Positions 12,178-24,796 of a stretch of DNA of 64,000 nucleotides are shown in pieces. Origin of the DNA: Octopus vulgaris (Eukaryota). The notes beneath the pieces were generated by a model. The model saw only the letters and a list, made by a program, of their open reading frames with translations, was not told the DNA's origin and ran no database searches. A program made the translations under genes and the position numbers. The stretch spans positions 64,728,001 to 64,792,000 of the forward strand of contig OX597818.1 of assembly GCA_951406725.2 (NCBI GenBank). Reading direction: 5' to 3'. How positions within the stretch are numbered: the stretch's first letter is position 1; each line of letters starts with the position of its first letter.

Positions 12178-12940
12178 GATATTTGTATAAGGGGTATATT
12201 GACATATTTTGTTAAATCTATTTATTGTACCTAATGTCCAGGTCCTGACCTTTTAGGGGGCGGCAAAGATTTAGCAGAGCGTTTTTTTATGTTTTATAAA
12301 ATTCACTCAATCCCTGGTAATTTTTGTTTAGACTCTCTACTTTTTTCGTTCATATTTCACAAATACCCTTTTCTTTTCATCGTCTGTTTTATTTGATAGG
12401 ACATACTCTTCTCGTACTGTGAACTGAGCGACCTCGTAAAGGATAGAGCAAGATGACTTCGCCAATGAGTTAACTTTTGTTTACTAATTACGATGCATAC
12501 ACATCTGGTATGCCAAGTTGTATCAATCCGTGAGGTCGACTCACCCTTCGATAAACATCTGTATTTTGACGATGAAAGATTTAAAGCTTTTCCGAAATCG
12601 AAATTTGCCAGTCTTCCTCAATAAATCTTCACAAGGTCTGCGTATACATGCCAGCCTTGACATTTGGGTTACATCAGTTTATAGGTTTTGCTATATGATA
12701 TGATATATATATCAACGGATACACATTGAAGGTGAAACATATTTGATATCGAGCGAAATTTCTTTTTTTTATTTTCTAAAGAGTTATCTGACGAAAAATG
12801 TTCGTGCTACAAATTATATATTTTAATATTATAGTTGGTGTTATTTTGGATGTGGGTGAATATAAAATACGATGTATATGTATGCTGCCTCAAAATAACA
12901 TTGATTATGTGTACCAAAAGGAATAAGGCAAGTTAACTTC

Positions 12941-13006
<66 letters not shown>

Positions 13007-13299
13007 TTATTTATACATATATCATATATCATATTTGTATATTTATTGTTGTACATGTATAAATACTTCTAGGCAAATAAGCACGATTGTGCGTACACAT
13101 ATTTTGATATATATCCTTGCTATAATGAATGGTTTGAACTATTGGCAAAAGTTCAATAATTTTAGGGGAAAGAGTAAACGAGTGTTTATTTTATCGATCC
13201 CGAAGGGATGAAATATTAGTCAACTCCGACAGCGTTTGAGCTTAACACATCCTTGCTAAAATTAACTCTTCCTATAATAGTCACAAAACCTAATTTGTT

Positions 13300-13482
13300 T
13301 TAGAGGGGGAAATACTAGTCGATTACATCGTCCCCGGTGCTCGACTGATATTTATTTCGTCAACACCAAAAAGATGAAAAGCGAAGTCGACAACGGCGCA
13401 ATTGGAACTCAGAATATATACATGGATATTATGGTGTTAAACATTTCGTCCGTCATACAGACGGTTCAACCAGCTCGCTGCC
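13300..13482 (-). mobile_element. SINE family A, diverged
   Basis: Reverse-complement core (GATGAAAAGCGAAGTCGAC...GAACTCAGAA...CCAGCTCGCTGCCT). Confidence 0.7.
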
Positions 13483-13849
13483 TTATGCTTGCTATCTTTA
13501 AAGCAAACAATAAAGATATGCCTACGAAGTCTGAAGAATCTAAAGCCAAACGACATTAACTGAGTTATCAAGTTTACATAACGTCTATGTTTGGTAATGC
13601 GGTCCTTCGACGAAGTGGACCGTGGGTGCATACATACATATATACATACAAAAATACCCTGTTGTTGATGTTGAAATTCCAATGAAGGAGGCTTGGATCT
13701 GGGTTAGAAACCGGCTCTTTCTCTATCGGCAAGAAATCTTGCAATAAAACTGAACAATGTCATACATACACACACACATCGATGCACACATATACGTATA
13801 TATACATGTATATATGTGGGAGTATGTATGTACACATATGTAGGTGTAG

Positions 13850-13903
<54 letters not shown>

Positions 13904-14029
13904 TAAAATCAGTATTAGTATGACTGCAGAATTTTTCTTATATCTTTTCAGATGTGTATCATCTGGAAAAAATGTGACCAAGACCGCATAGTCATGGAGG
14001 TGTATTTCTCTGAAACGGTATCTGTCTTA

Positions 14030-14253
14030 ATTTCCCACAGGAGGCGTAACATACAGGGAACAAACAAGGACAGACAAAGGGATTAGGTCGATTATATCGA
14101 CCCCAGTTCGTAACTGGTAGTTATTTTATCAACCTCGAAAGGATGAAAGGCAAAGTCGTCCTCGGCGGAATTTGAACTCAGAACGTAACGGCAGCCAAAT
14201 TACCGCTAAGCGCTTCGCCTGGCGTGGTAACGATTCTGCCAAGTCGTCGCCCT
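14030..14253 (-). mobile_element. SINE family A, near full length
   Basis: Reverse complement of 11839-12069. Confidence 0.88.
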
Positions 14254-14459
14254 AAACAATATCTCTGAAACATTATCGTTTACATGAAGTGATTTGCTCG
14301 GCACTAAAGAATTTTAGAGGGAATAAGAGTATTTTAAAAAATCAGTATTTGATTTTTTCACCTTATAAGTAGAAACCTGCATGGAAAGTAGACACGTTTC
14401 TTAGATCGCTGTATCGTTTGTAATGAGTTTCACGATATTTTGAACAGGAAAGGAGACCA

Positions 14460-14812
14460 ATTCGTTTATCTTTCATGTTTTACATGTTGCCGCTACAAGA
14501 CCGCGATCATACTAGAGCAAGCCCTGAAAGCTTTTAGTCGAAGTCGAGCTGAATGCTTATGTTTTAAATCCGATCCTCTTTCTATCGTTCACTTTTCTAG
14601 AACCATTAAAATGTGGGAAGAAAAACAAACCATCACCGTTACTCAAATAGTGGAGACAAAAAAACTCAAAAACATACACTGCGCTTCACACAGTTTCCTT
14701 CAAGAAAGGAATATAGAAAAGAGTCTTGCCCAAGGTACAATGCCCTGGAACTGAACACGAAATCGCTTGGTTGTAAAGTACGATTCTTAACCACACTATC
14801 ATACCTGGACCT
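14460..14812 (-). mobile_element. SINE family B, strongly diverged
   Basis: CTTGCCCAAGGT...GGAACTGAAC...CTTAACCACAC collinear with 9425-9833. Confidence 0.6.
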
Positions 14813-17073
14813 ATAATGCTGTCGTGATGCTGATATTTATCGGTGCATCAACAAATATCAGCTGTGATGTGCATTAAATTGCATATTTCCTTGCTGTAAA
14901 TAAAGTACAACTCTATCAAGTCGGAGAATAATCTCCATTTTAAACATGATCTCTTTTCATTGCTGGAATATCGGCGTATATTTTTTCCAGGTATTTTTTC
15001 AAGTATATTTAAAAAACAAATTGTATACCAAACATAATGTACGTTATATGGTAATTGGAATTTTTATAAGAATTCAAATAGATGTTTAATTAGTTTAAAT
15101 GTTAATTAGGATCCATTCAATATGATATGCGATGGCATGAAATATTCTTAAGCGAAAACTATTTCGCTTAGCTATTTTTAATAGGGAATATCTTTAATTA
15201 GTGGGAAGCAGTGTGAATATGTTTGTATGGTTTGTGTCTTGTATTTACTGTACAGTCTCTTACGTTATGCATTTGAATATTATATGTGGGGAAAACATGA
15301 AGAAACATATTGTTAGGTATATACATATGAAGACAAAACTATCAATGTCTATTGCGATTTTTATACAAATCCGAAACAAAACACAAAAGAGAGAGATTCG
15401 TCATTAGAATGAACATCCTCCTCCACAAAAAAAAAGAAAAAAACAGAAATCCTACGACGCAAATCCACGCCAGAATATCCATCAAACTTAAGACACCTCC
15501 ATCATCCAAATCAGTTTCAACAACATCAACAACATCACTATCGCTGCATTATCATGTTCATCCTCAACATGACGGTGATGATGACGACGACTACGACGAC
15601 AGCCACCACCAACTACAACAACAACAAAAAATAACAGCAGCAACAAACCTAATATTCAGTATTGCTATCGATATTTTCAATATTTATGTTCTATCAATAA
15701 TACTCACTTCAGTTTTCTCTTTCGTTGAACAAAAGTTCATATTTTCTTCCACTTCTCATTTTTATAATTATATTTGCAATTATTTTTAGCAATTTACTTA
15801 ATTTCCCCTGATAACCAAATTTATCAGAATGCCATCTCTATTATTGAGCTTCACTTTCGTTTTAATTAATTTCCACTCACATATTTTTATTTGTTGTCAT
15901 TTATTTTCGATTTTCTTTTCTTTTATTCTTACATTATTTTCTAAGAAAAAATTATCATCGGAAGATAATAGAAGCTATGAAATTACTTATAGCATCAGGT
16001 TAAATGTTTCTGGCCTTCTCTTCCTTTGCTCAGAGAACCTGGGATGAATATACTCTATTAATCCAAATATCCCTCACTATACTTGTAATGAACACATCCA
16101 CATACACACATATATGTCACCAAGTTACCATATATCCCTTATACGTACACACACACGTATTTGTACGTATGCATGTATATTTGAATTTAAGCATGTATGT
16201 ATATTTATGAGTATATGCGTTTTGTGTGTGTATGTAAAAATATATGTTAAAGGAAAATTAGTTACTTCGAGAACTGTATCTTTGATAAATTACAGAAAGT
16301 CTTTGCCTTTATATTAAATTGTGCTACTAGCTTCAATCGCTTAGAAACGATTTAGCCATGTTGAAAAAAAAAAAGAAGTAAGAAATTGAAATAAAATAAA
16401 ATTAATCTTTCATTATATTATTCTTAGAATTTTACATATTTTTCTTACACGAACGAAAAGCTGTATGTCTTTCGACCACATCCGAATATTAGTGCTTCAT
16501 GATAGGAGCCAAATATACTTCAAATTTTACGTATTTCCAGCAGAGGCTGTAACGACACAAAGACATCAGGTATTTTATGGATGCTACTTTACAAAGTCTA
16601 ATTTAGGTAGTCTTCCTTTAGTTTGGTTTTGGTAAAAGAGAGTATTGTATAATGAATTTCACCGATGAGTGTTTTGCCTAGTAATTTAGAAAGGATTCTT
16701 TGTAAATATTCCATTTAACATACACTCGCATGAAGGTCTTGCATATCTCTGAGGTCTTTGGCAATGTAAAGCTGTTTCACATTGCTATATTTTGTATGTA
16801 CCTTAGAATGGCTCTTTATTTTCAGCGGCGTCCTCTTTTGCAGTTTCTATTTCATTCCAAAGTTTATGAGGTAGTTCCGCTTAGCCTCTTCATTGACACA
16901 TTCACACACACACACACGCACGCACACACACACACACACAAACAAAGACTCAAAAAACACACCCACCTATATTTATGTATGTATATATATGTGTGTGTGT
17001 GTGTGACATGTGTATAGTGATATATATTCCATAAAAAGCATTTATCATGAGAATTATATTATAATATATATAC

Positions 17074-17162
<89 letters not shown>

Positions 17163-17212
17163 ATATATATAAATAAATAATAATAAGTATTTCATTTATA
17201 TCTCGCGTATGT

Positions 17213-17269
17213 GCCGCTGAAGAGGGGAAAATTTCTTGTGAATTAACGCCGAAATTGGACCAATACGGT
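17213..17269 (+). ncRNA. Minimal type-I hammerhead ribozyme motif, canonical core
   Basis: GCCG-CTGAAGA-GGGG..CGCC-GAAA-TTGGACCAA-TA-CGGT; helix I GCCG/CGGU, palindromic helix III AUUGG-A-CCAAU, AUA triplet. Confidence 0.75.
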
Positions 17270-17399
17270 AATAACGACTTTTTTTAGAGATTTCTATCGG
17301 TTTGTTTCGAGACGCATAAACTTAATGATTATCGACAATTTTTTTGTTTCGGCGTATCTGGCATTAGAATTTTTCTTCTGCCCTTATCTTCTAAATTAT

Positions 17400-17685
17400 A
17401 TATAAATAAATAAGTGACCAATGGGATAGCTTAGCTATATTTAAATTTATATATGATTTGACAGCTACGAGAGGTATACTTATATAAAATCACGTAAAAA
17501 CTTATATAAAATCATACGACCTACTTATTTTTTTTATTGTAGAAAAAAATACTTTTAAATACTTTCATTTTAATATACACCATAATTTATTTCCATTTTT
17601 TGCATTTTATACCACGCATCAATGTCAAATCATATATGAATTTAAATATAGCTATGACGTCCCGTTGTGCGCTTATTTATTTATA
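17400..17685. mobile_element. MITE-like element with ~65-bp imperfect TIRs
   Basis: CAATGGGATAGCTTAGCTATATTTAAATTTATATATGATTTGACA (17419-17463) is inverted at 17623-17667, with similarity extending outward. Confidence 0.7.
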
Positions 17686-18365
17686 TGTATGCACATATAT
17701 ATGTGCATATATATGCACGTAAGTGTGCATATGTATATATATATATATATATTTGTGCATGTATATACATATATATGTGTGTTTGTATGTATATGTATGT
17801 GTGTGTATGTGTGTGTGTATGTCTATATATACCAATATTTTATGATAAATGCTTTATATAGAATGTATATCACTATATTTCTTATCTTCTTATAGAGAGA
17901 ATATTTCTGAAACTTTTTCCCCTTATATTTCAAAGTATCCGTTAGCCACATCAGTTATAGTTTATACACAACTACACTCAACTCTACCTAAACATGTTCT
18001 TATATTTCACCTTTCATAATCATTTTATGAATATCCGAATATGTTAAATGACACTAACACCATATACTTCTCTGTAACAATATAATTTTCTTTTGATATT
18101 CTCTGAGGAGAACAGAATAGTTATAGTTAAATTAATTTTTTTTATTTCTTTCCATGTTTTTACATGTTAACTTTACCAATCGAAACGATCGTATGCGTTG
18201 ATTAAAAATTATAAAACATTCTGTATGTTGAGTTTGTATAGGATACGTGTTCTCTAATTGCTTATAACACACCTTATACTTGTAATATTTTCATATTTAA
18301 AAGAAATAAATACTTACAATAGTATGCTACCTTTGGAACCCCACAAAGGGATGAAGTAGAAGTCA

Positions 18366-18430
<65 letters not shown>

Positions 18431-18654
18431 TACACACGTACAACCATATATAATTTTGATGTCTTCTCTCTTAGGAGTAGAGCCGAATGTCATTTCACTT
18501 CTCTAATAATACATCTCTCTACTGAGGTAGCCCTTGTTGGTGTAACGGTGCCAGGGAGTCTGCAGCTCCGTTGTTATTTTCGTAGTTATCAAGGATCCAA
18601 TATGAAGCGAATCATTTAGGTAAAGAGATATTTCATATATATAACTGCTTCCTC

Positions 18655-19032
18655 ACGTTATGTCCCAGTGGTTAAAGCAGCGGAAACGCGGTTGTAGCAT
18701 CGCAGTTTTGATACACAGACCGGGCGTTGTGTGTGTGTTTGTTGAGCGAAAATACCTAAAGCTCCACGAGGCTCCAGCAGGGGTTGGTGTCGAATTCTTT
18801 TGTACTCTTTCACCACAAATTTCTCTCATTCTTTCTTACTGTTTCTGTTGTACCTGTATTTTCATTATTCAACCTTATCACAGCCTGTGTCACGCTGAAT
18901 CTTCCCGAGAACTACGTTAAGGGTACACGTGTCTGTGGAGTACTCAGTCACTTGCACATTAATTTTACGAGCAGGCTGTTACGTTATTCGGATCAACAGG
19001 AATCCTCGTCGTCGTAACCGACGGAGTGCCAC
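18655..19032 (+). mobile_element. tRNA-derived SINE family C (tail type 2)
   Basis: Family C head and body, then a distinct tail (CCCGAGAACTACGTTAAGGGTACAC...GTCGTAACCGACGGAGTGCCA). Confidence 0.8.
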
Positions 19033-19761
19033 GGACAAGTGGTGTTGGAGAATATAGAGAGTATATGTAGGTATCTTTTTTTGCCGTTCTGAAGCCAGAG
19101 TTTTCATCTGAGAGTTTTAAACTAAGGGAACTCCATTAAATTAATTTCAAAATCAGGTGATGGAATTACACGAAGTGAAAATTTTAATCAATCACCCGAA
19201 ATCTCGGAATCGCCAGAAGAAATCCACTTTCAGACCCTCTAACAATTAAATTAATCCCACTTTTTGTGTTGATCCTACTTCCTGTTTGTACATTCTATCT
19301 TATCGACCCGGAAACCATGAAAGACTCTGTTAATCTCTGCAGGACATGACCGCCGGTCTTTACTGCCAATTACTGTTATGTAATCTGTTTTCGTAATCGT
19401 CACTTAAACAAGAATTACTAAGAAACCCCCTTTTCCTATGAAATTCACTAATCACCAGTCGATAATATTTTGATAGGTTCGAGGATTACGTAAATTTATT
19501 TATCAAATAGTAAGAGAAGGCAAGATTTGGCCATTCATTAATTGAGGGGTTTATGCGATTTGCTTTCACAATTATTACTTCTTATGTTTCATATGACAGC
19601 CATTCATGTGATGCTGCAAATGTGATCTCCTGTGGAGTTAATACAAATACCTAATATTAAATATATATTATAGATAAATCCTCCAGTGAATGACAAAGAA
19701 ATGATAGCAGCAGCATATTGTCTGTGGCTGTCAACATAGGTTTCAGTAGCAATAACAAGTA

Positions 19762-20157
19762 GATGCGCAATGGCCCAGCGGTTAGGGCAGCGGACTCGCG
19801 CTCAGTGGATTGCGGTTTCGATTCCCAAAGCGGGCGTTGTATGTGTTTATTGAGAGAAAACACCCAAGGCCCGATGAGGCTCCGGCAGGGGTGGGGCGGG
19901 TTGCGACCCCTGTTGTACTCTTTCGCCCCAACTTTCTCTCACTCTTTCGTCCTGTTTCTTGTCCCCGACTTCCTACGCAACCGCTGAGCCTGGATGCGCA
20001 TTCATCCATCTGTCGATGCTGTCGGTGTCGTGGGTTGACCTACGTCCTCTTCTGCAGCTCTTACGAATAGCAATGGACCACGTTTCGGACTTCTCCCACT
20101 GCGAGCTGTGGGACGAAACCGCTTCGCTCAACAGCAACAGAAACAGCAGCAGCAATG
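19762..20157 (+). mobile_element. tRNA-derived SINE family C (tail type 3)
   Basis: GCGCAATGGCCCAGCGGTTAGGGCAGCGGACTCGCG head, GGTTTCGATTCCC B-box, distinct tail ending in (CAG/CAA)n. Confidence 0.82.
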
Positions 20158-22249
20158 ACAATAATTTTAGACAATATACTGTGAAAATATTTTGGCATAC
20201 TCAATAAACATATATACTTATACAAAACATTCTTTGAATATGTAATAGTCATATACCCTTATATAAACGCTCGTTGACCGAATAAGCATATACCATTACA
20301 TACGCGCTCGTGGAATAGAGAGTAATCGTATATCCTTACACTAACACATGTTAAATGCTGAATAAGCATATATACTTACATATACACGAGTTCAATGATT
20401 TCGTATTTCCTTCATGTTACATAACTTCTGATTTTGTGAGGATTTATTGGGAAACACTGATCGTGTGTATGCAGTAACGTAAAACCATATATGTACACAT
20501 ACATTTTTGTGTCTTCGTATGTGCAGGGTTCTTTTATGGTACTCAAGATAAAGAAACGGTTACTTAATTTTCGTGCACATGCATGATGGTTGTACGCCAA
20601 AAGATTAAAAATATATTGGCAGCATCACGTATGGAAGCCGATAACTGCATTTATTGAAAATTTCGTATCTGAAGGCGCTCCTATGCTTAAATTTATATGG
20701 GATATTATCTAAGGTAAGGAAATTGTGAGTAAAGCTAACGTGGTGATTGCAGAAGGTTAGTTATTGAACATATTTAGCCCTTAAATATTAAAATCCATGT
20801 GTTTAGGCAGTTGTAAATGTTTTATAAAGTAATAAATATGTGTGCCCATTGGCTGCGAAAACCTGCATATGGTTGAACCTTTGATGTATTCATAGTCCCC
20901 ATTCCTTAGATTTCAGGTGTGGTTGATTAGTGACATGAAATTTCTCATATCATGTTCTTATCATAATCACATTACCAAGGTTCCGTGAGTATAATAATTT
21001 CCTTTTAATAAAACTTCCAACATACCTATGTACTGCATATGCTCTGCTTATTTTCGTGTATCTGATTTGGTATGTTGGATGTAAAATCAGTTTTATAGAC
21101 AATTGATACCATGTTCGATTTGTGTCAATAGCGGCTATTTATTTTATCTTCCTGTGTGAACAGCATAGACTGCCATGTTTAATAGACGCTTTGGTAATGA
21201 TACATGGTGGAAGTTCAAATTTAGAAGAATTTCACAGAAACGCCGAGTGAAAATGTTCTTATATCTATAATTAAATCGGCAATGCTATTCTAACATGGCC
21301 AGGAAGGTTGCCAGCCTTGAATAATACTTGCAAATATGATTGCAACATGCATAGTATTTCTAGAACTATTCCGTTATCGAACATTGAGTTCGAGTTGTAA
21401 GAAGCTTTCTTCTTGATGCAGTATTTTACAGAGACCAGGTTACTTTAAGGAATGATTCTATTCAAGTGATGAGGAAATATTAGAGCTTCTACTAACATGA
21501 ATTCATCAGTTTAATAATGTTTTCTCATTGTAATTCTTTAAGCTGGATTCTGTTAATGAATGTTTGCAATTTCAGTTCTGATTTCTAAAAATTTTGTAAG
21601 AGAGACTCTCCAGGTTTGCTGAACCGCCCACTTTTACTCAGCTTCAGTTCAATTAGTTGCTACGATAATATTCTATCACTGACGTCTGAAAATGCCTATG
21701 AGATATTTCTCTAAGAATCTAGAATACAGTCACCAGAGTTGTGATACGATTAATCTGCTGACAAGATACAAGCTGATAGTGGAATTAGCTAACATAGATT
21801 TCAGCCGGTCGTATTTATACGGTCTTATAAGATTGCAGATATTGCGCTGGTGTACAAGTTTATCGCGATCATAAATATTTGTGTGTGCTATGGTTTCTTG
21901 ATTATCGTTAATATTTTCTTGAAAATCAATGTTTTATATGCATTCTGGATTATCTCAATATCCAATTCAACAGAACCGACGTATCCAGTGATATATTTCA
22001 ATGCTTCGACTTGCAGCGGTTTGAATAATGTGCAATACAAACCCCCAATATGGGGGCTATCGGAAACTGACTGAAACTAGAATTATTTCTACTAACGAAC
22101 CAGTTGCCTAATCATTACTGTTAACTAAATGATGAAGTGTCATGTTTTGGTCCTAATTAAAATTAACAAACTGTATATAATTAAAAGTAAATTAATTTTA
22201 CGATTATAACTTTAAATATTCAACAGAAAACTCTTACAATTTTCAAGAG

Positions 22250-22420
22250 TACATTATTTACATAATTTACCGTTAAAGGGATATTTGTCCTCATCTTGTT
22301 TTTATGTTAACACAATGTTTCGGCTGATATACACCCCAGACGTCATCAGGGCATATGGCGTAGTGGTTAAGAGCGCGAGCAACTAACCCCAAGTTTCCGA
22401 GTTCGATTCCAGGCAGTGAA

Positions 22421-22463
<43 letters not shown>

Positions 22464-22666
22464 TATTAATAACATCGAAAATCGAAAAATACTTTAGGAA
22501 TGAGAACCAAGGTTCGAAATTTACCCAAGACACCTGATGATTGCTGGAGGGTGTATCAGCCAAAACGTTAACAACAAACTAGATGAGGACAAATATCCAT
22601 CAAATGTAAATAATGAAAATAATATAAATAATGTACTTAATTCCTTCTCTCTTAAATATAGTACTG
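22250..22666 (+). mobile_element. Composite element: inverted HHR segment + tRNA-like head + (AAT)n + hammerhead-like tail
   Basis: A-box TGGCGTAGTGG and B-box GAGTTCGATTCC (22349-22422); (AAT)n 22424-22472; GACAC-CTGATGA..GCTG..CAGC..AAACGTT (22529-22570); 22250-22350 is the inverse of 22533-22635. Confidence 0.8.
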
Positions 22667-22829
22667 AAGTTCCAATGGCGTTACAAATAACGCACATACA
22701 TGATTCATAGAATTTCGGGATAATATAACAGGCACCACATCGGTTAATACGACTAGACTTCCAGTAGATCCGTTTAACGGAACTACTCATGAATTTAACG
22801 TGTAAATGCAACTGAAAGTTGCACCATCA

Positions 22830-23025
22830 ATACAGTCCTCAAGGGGAAGCAGCGTGACAGATAATTTTTGACAAGGCTGCCCCTTTGAAATACAGTTACC
22901 ACAAGTAGCATCAGACTGGATTGGAGCAGCGTGAACTATAGTGTCTAGCGCAAGAATAAAACACGCTGCCGGGAATCGAACTCATGATGGTGAGCCGAAT
23001 GCCCTTAACAATTGAGCCTCGAGGC
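22830..23025 (-). mobile_element. Diverged tRNA-derived SINE (family D, CORE/Meta-like)
   Basis: Minus-strand GAGTTCGATTCCCGG B-box followed by a TGT..TCTTG.GC.AG.CACT motif; related copy at 34520-34733. Confidence 0.55.
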
Positions 23026-23543
23026 TTCTCTCGATATCATGACATTCATTTTTTCATATATTCACAATCAACCGAGCTTTATTGGCTTTTAAAATACCCG
23101 AACAACCTAACATCATACATTTTACAGTATCTCGTATTTCACTTAGGATGGCTTTATATTTCAGTCCATGCTCCTATGATCGTTGTTGTTCACACTTTGG
23201 ATAGAGACACGAAGATAGATACTTTAGAAGTGCACATACATAGAAAGAGAGAGGGAGAGAGAGAGTGTGTGTGTGAGAGAGAGAGAGTATTTAAAGTGGT
23301 GTACATGTATTTTATGCTGAGTAAAAAGAGGTACTAAGAATGTTGGATGATACTTTGTTCGTTTATCGAACCCGTCAAGACAAAATCATAATCAAAACGG
23401 TAAAAACAGAACGTTTTGTTCATTTATATGAATCGGACGCTTTTTTGGTTTGTGTACAAGAGGAGAAAACTTTATTTGGGTTTCTGTTTTTTTGTGGGTG
23501 GTGTGGGAGTAGAAAGAAATGCATAGAGTAAGGAGGGGAAAAT

Positions 23544-23607
<64 letters not shown>

Positions 23608-23773
23608 TGTGTGTGTGTGTTTGTGTTTGCGTGGTTTCAGGCCAATCAAGAAAACGGAAAATAAAACAATAAAGAATAGAGAAAGATTACATAAATAAAT
23701 AAAAAATATATAAAGACAGACAGGCAGACAGGCAGACAGACAGGTAGATATATAAAAAGATAGATAGATAAAT

Positions 23774-23809
<36 letters not shown>

Positions 23810-24509
23810 AGAGAGAGATACGTTTCTCTTCAATTTGCAGTCGTCAATCCATTGAAATTTCCTTACAGAGCATATATTTTTTTTCTTCCCTTTTATAATT
23901 ATCAACATACTCGTAAACAAACACATTTTCTAACAGAGGAGGTGACCTTTCGAGTTGTCAGTAATAGGTGTATAATGGGAAAGATAAGAAAAGAGGGGAG
24001 GATGCGCTCATCACTGAAGAAAAAAATTCAAAATTCAATGTCCTATAAAAATGTATATTCCATTACACTTCTATAGTCAGGTCCAATATTCTTTGCAATT
24101 CCCTGTGGATGAACAAATATTAAATATTAGTAGTATATTCATAAATTAGAAAAACCTAAGTGAGAATATAGAAATTAATAATTTGGTCCTGTTTATAACT
24201 GAATCACCTCTCTATGTACATTTAATCAAACATCATAAATGAGTATTGTACTTGTGTGTATATCCACTCTGTAGGATATAAACTATAATATACAGTAGGA
24301 CCTGTTTAAATATATTCTTCGATATTTTTCATCCTTTTGTACGATTTCTTTTTCTTGCTTGGATAACATAATTCAAAAGAGACAATTTTCAGGTATTAGC
24401 TTACCAAGTAGCTACATTGTATATCTTTCGTAATGTGTGGTAAAATGGTTCTAGTGTTCTTTCTCGGGTATATGTAAGTTCTATAAGAACAACAGTTGTC
24501 AAAACCTCA

Positions 24510-24568
<59 letters not shown>

Positions 24569-24572
24569 CAAC

Positions 24573-24796
24573 TATTTAAAAGCAGTAGAAATGTAACAAA
24601 AGCTGTTACTCAGAGATTCACGTACCCGTTCGTCGGACAGTTTTAACAAAACTATCCGACGACCGGGAACGTGAAACTCTGATTAACAGCTTTTGTTATA
24701 CTTGTGCTGCTTTTAAATAAAGCATATTACTCTACCTCTGTTACTTGAGTACTCAATTTTTCCACCTTGTTTCACATTTATGTGCTTACTCCGGTA
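24573..24796. mobile_element. Palindromic (head-to-head) HHR element, CCGACGA-core family
   Basis: Arms 24573-24644 / 24648-24719 with a one-sided tail to ~24796; HHR-like motifs at 24603-24640(-) and 24652-24689(+); related copy at 52653-52735. Confidence 0.75.

Noticed and set aside
13672-13722. HHR-like CCAATGA...GAAACCGG motif
   Set aside because: Core, U16.1 and helix I are all defective; cannot support from this copy
22349-22422. Functional tRNA gene
   Set aside because: Acceptor and anticodon stems are imperfect, there is no terminator, and it is fused to repeat sequence; treated as a SINE-like head (same for family C heads)
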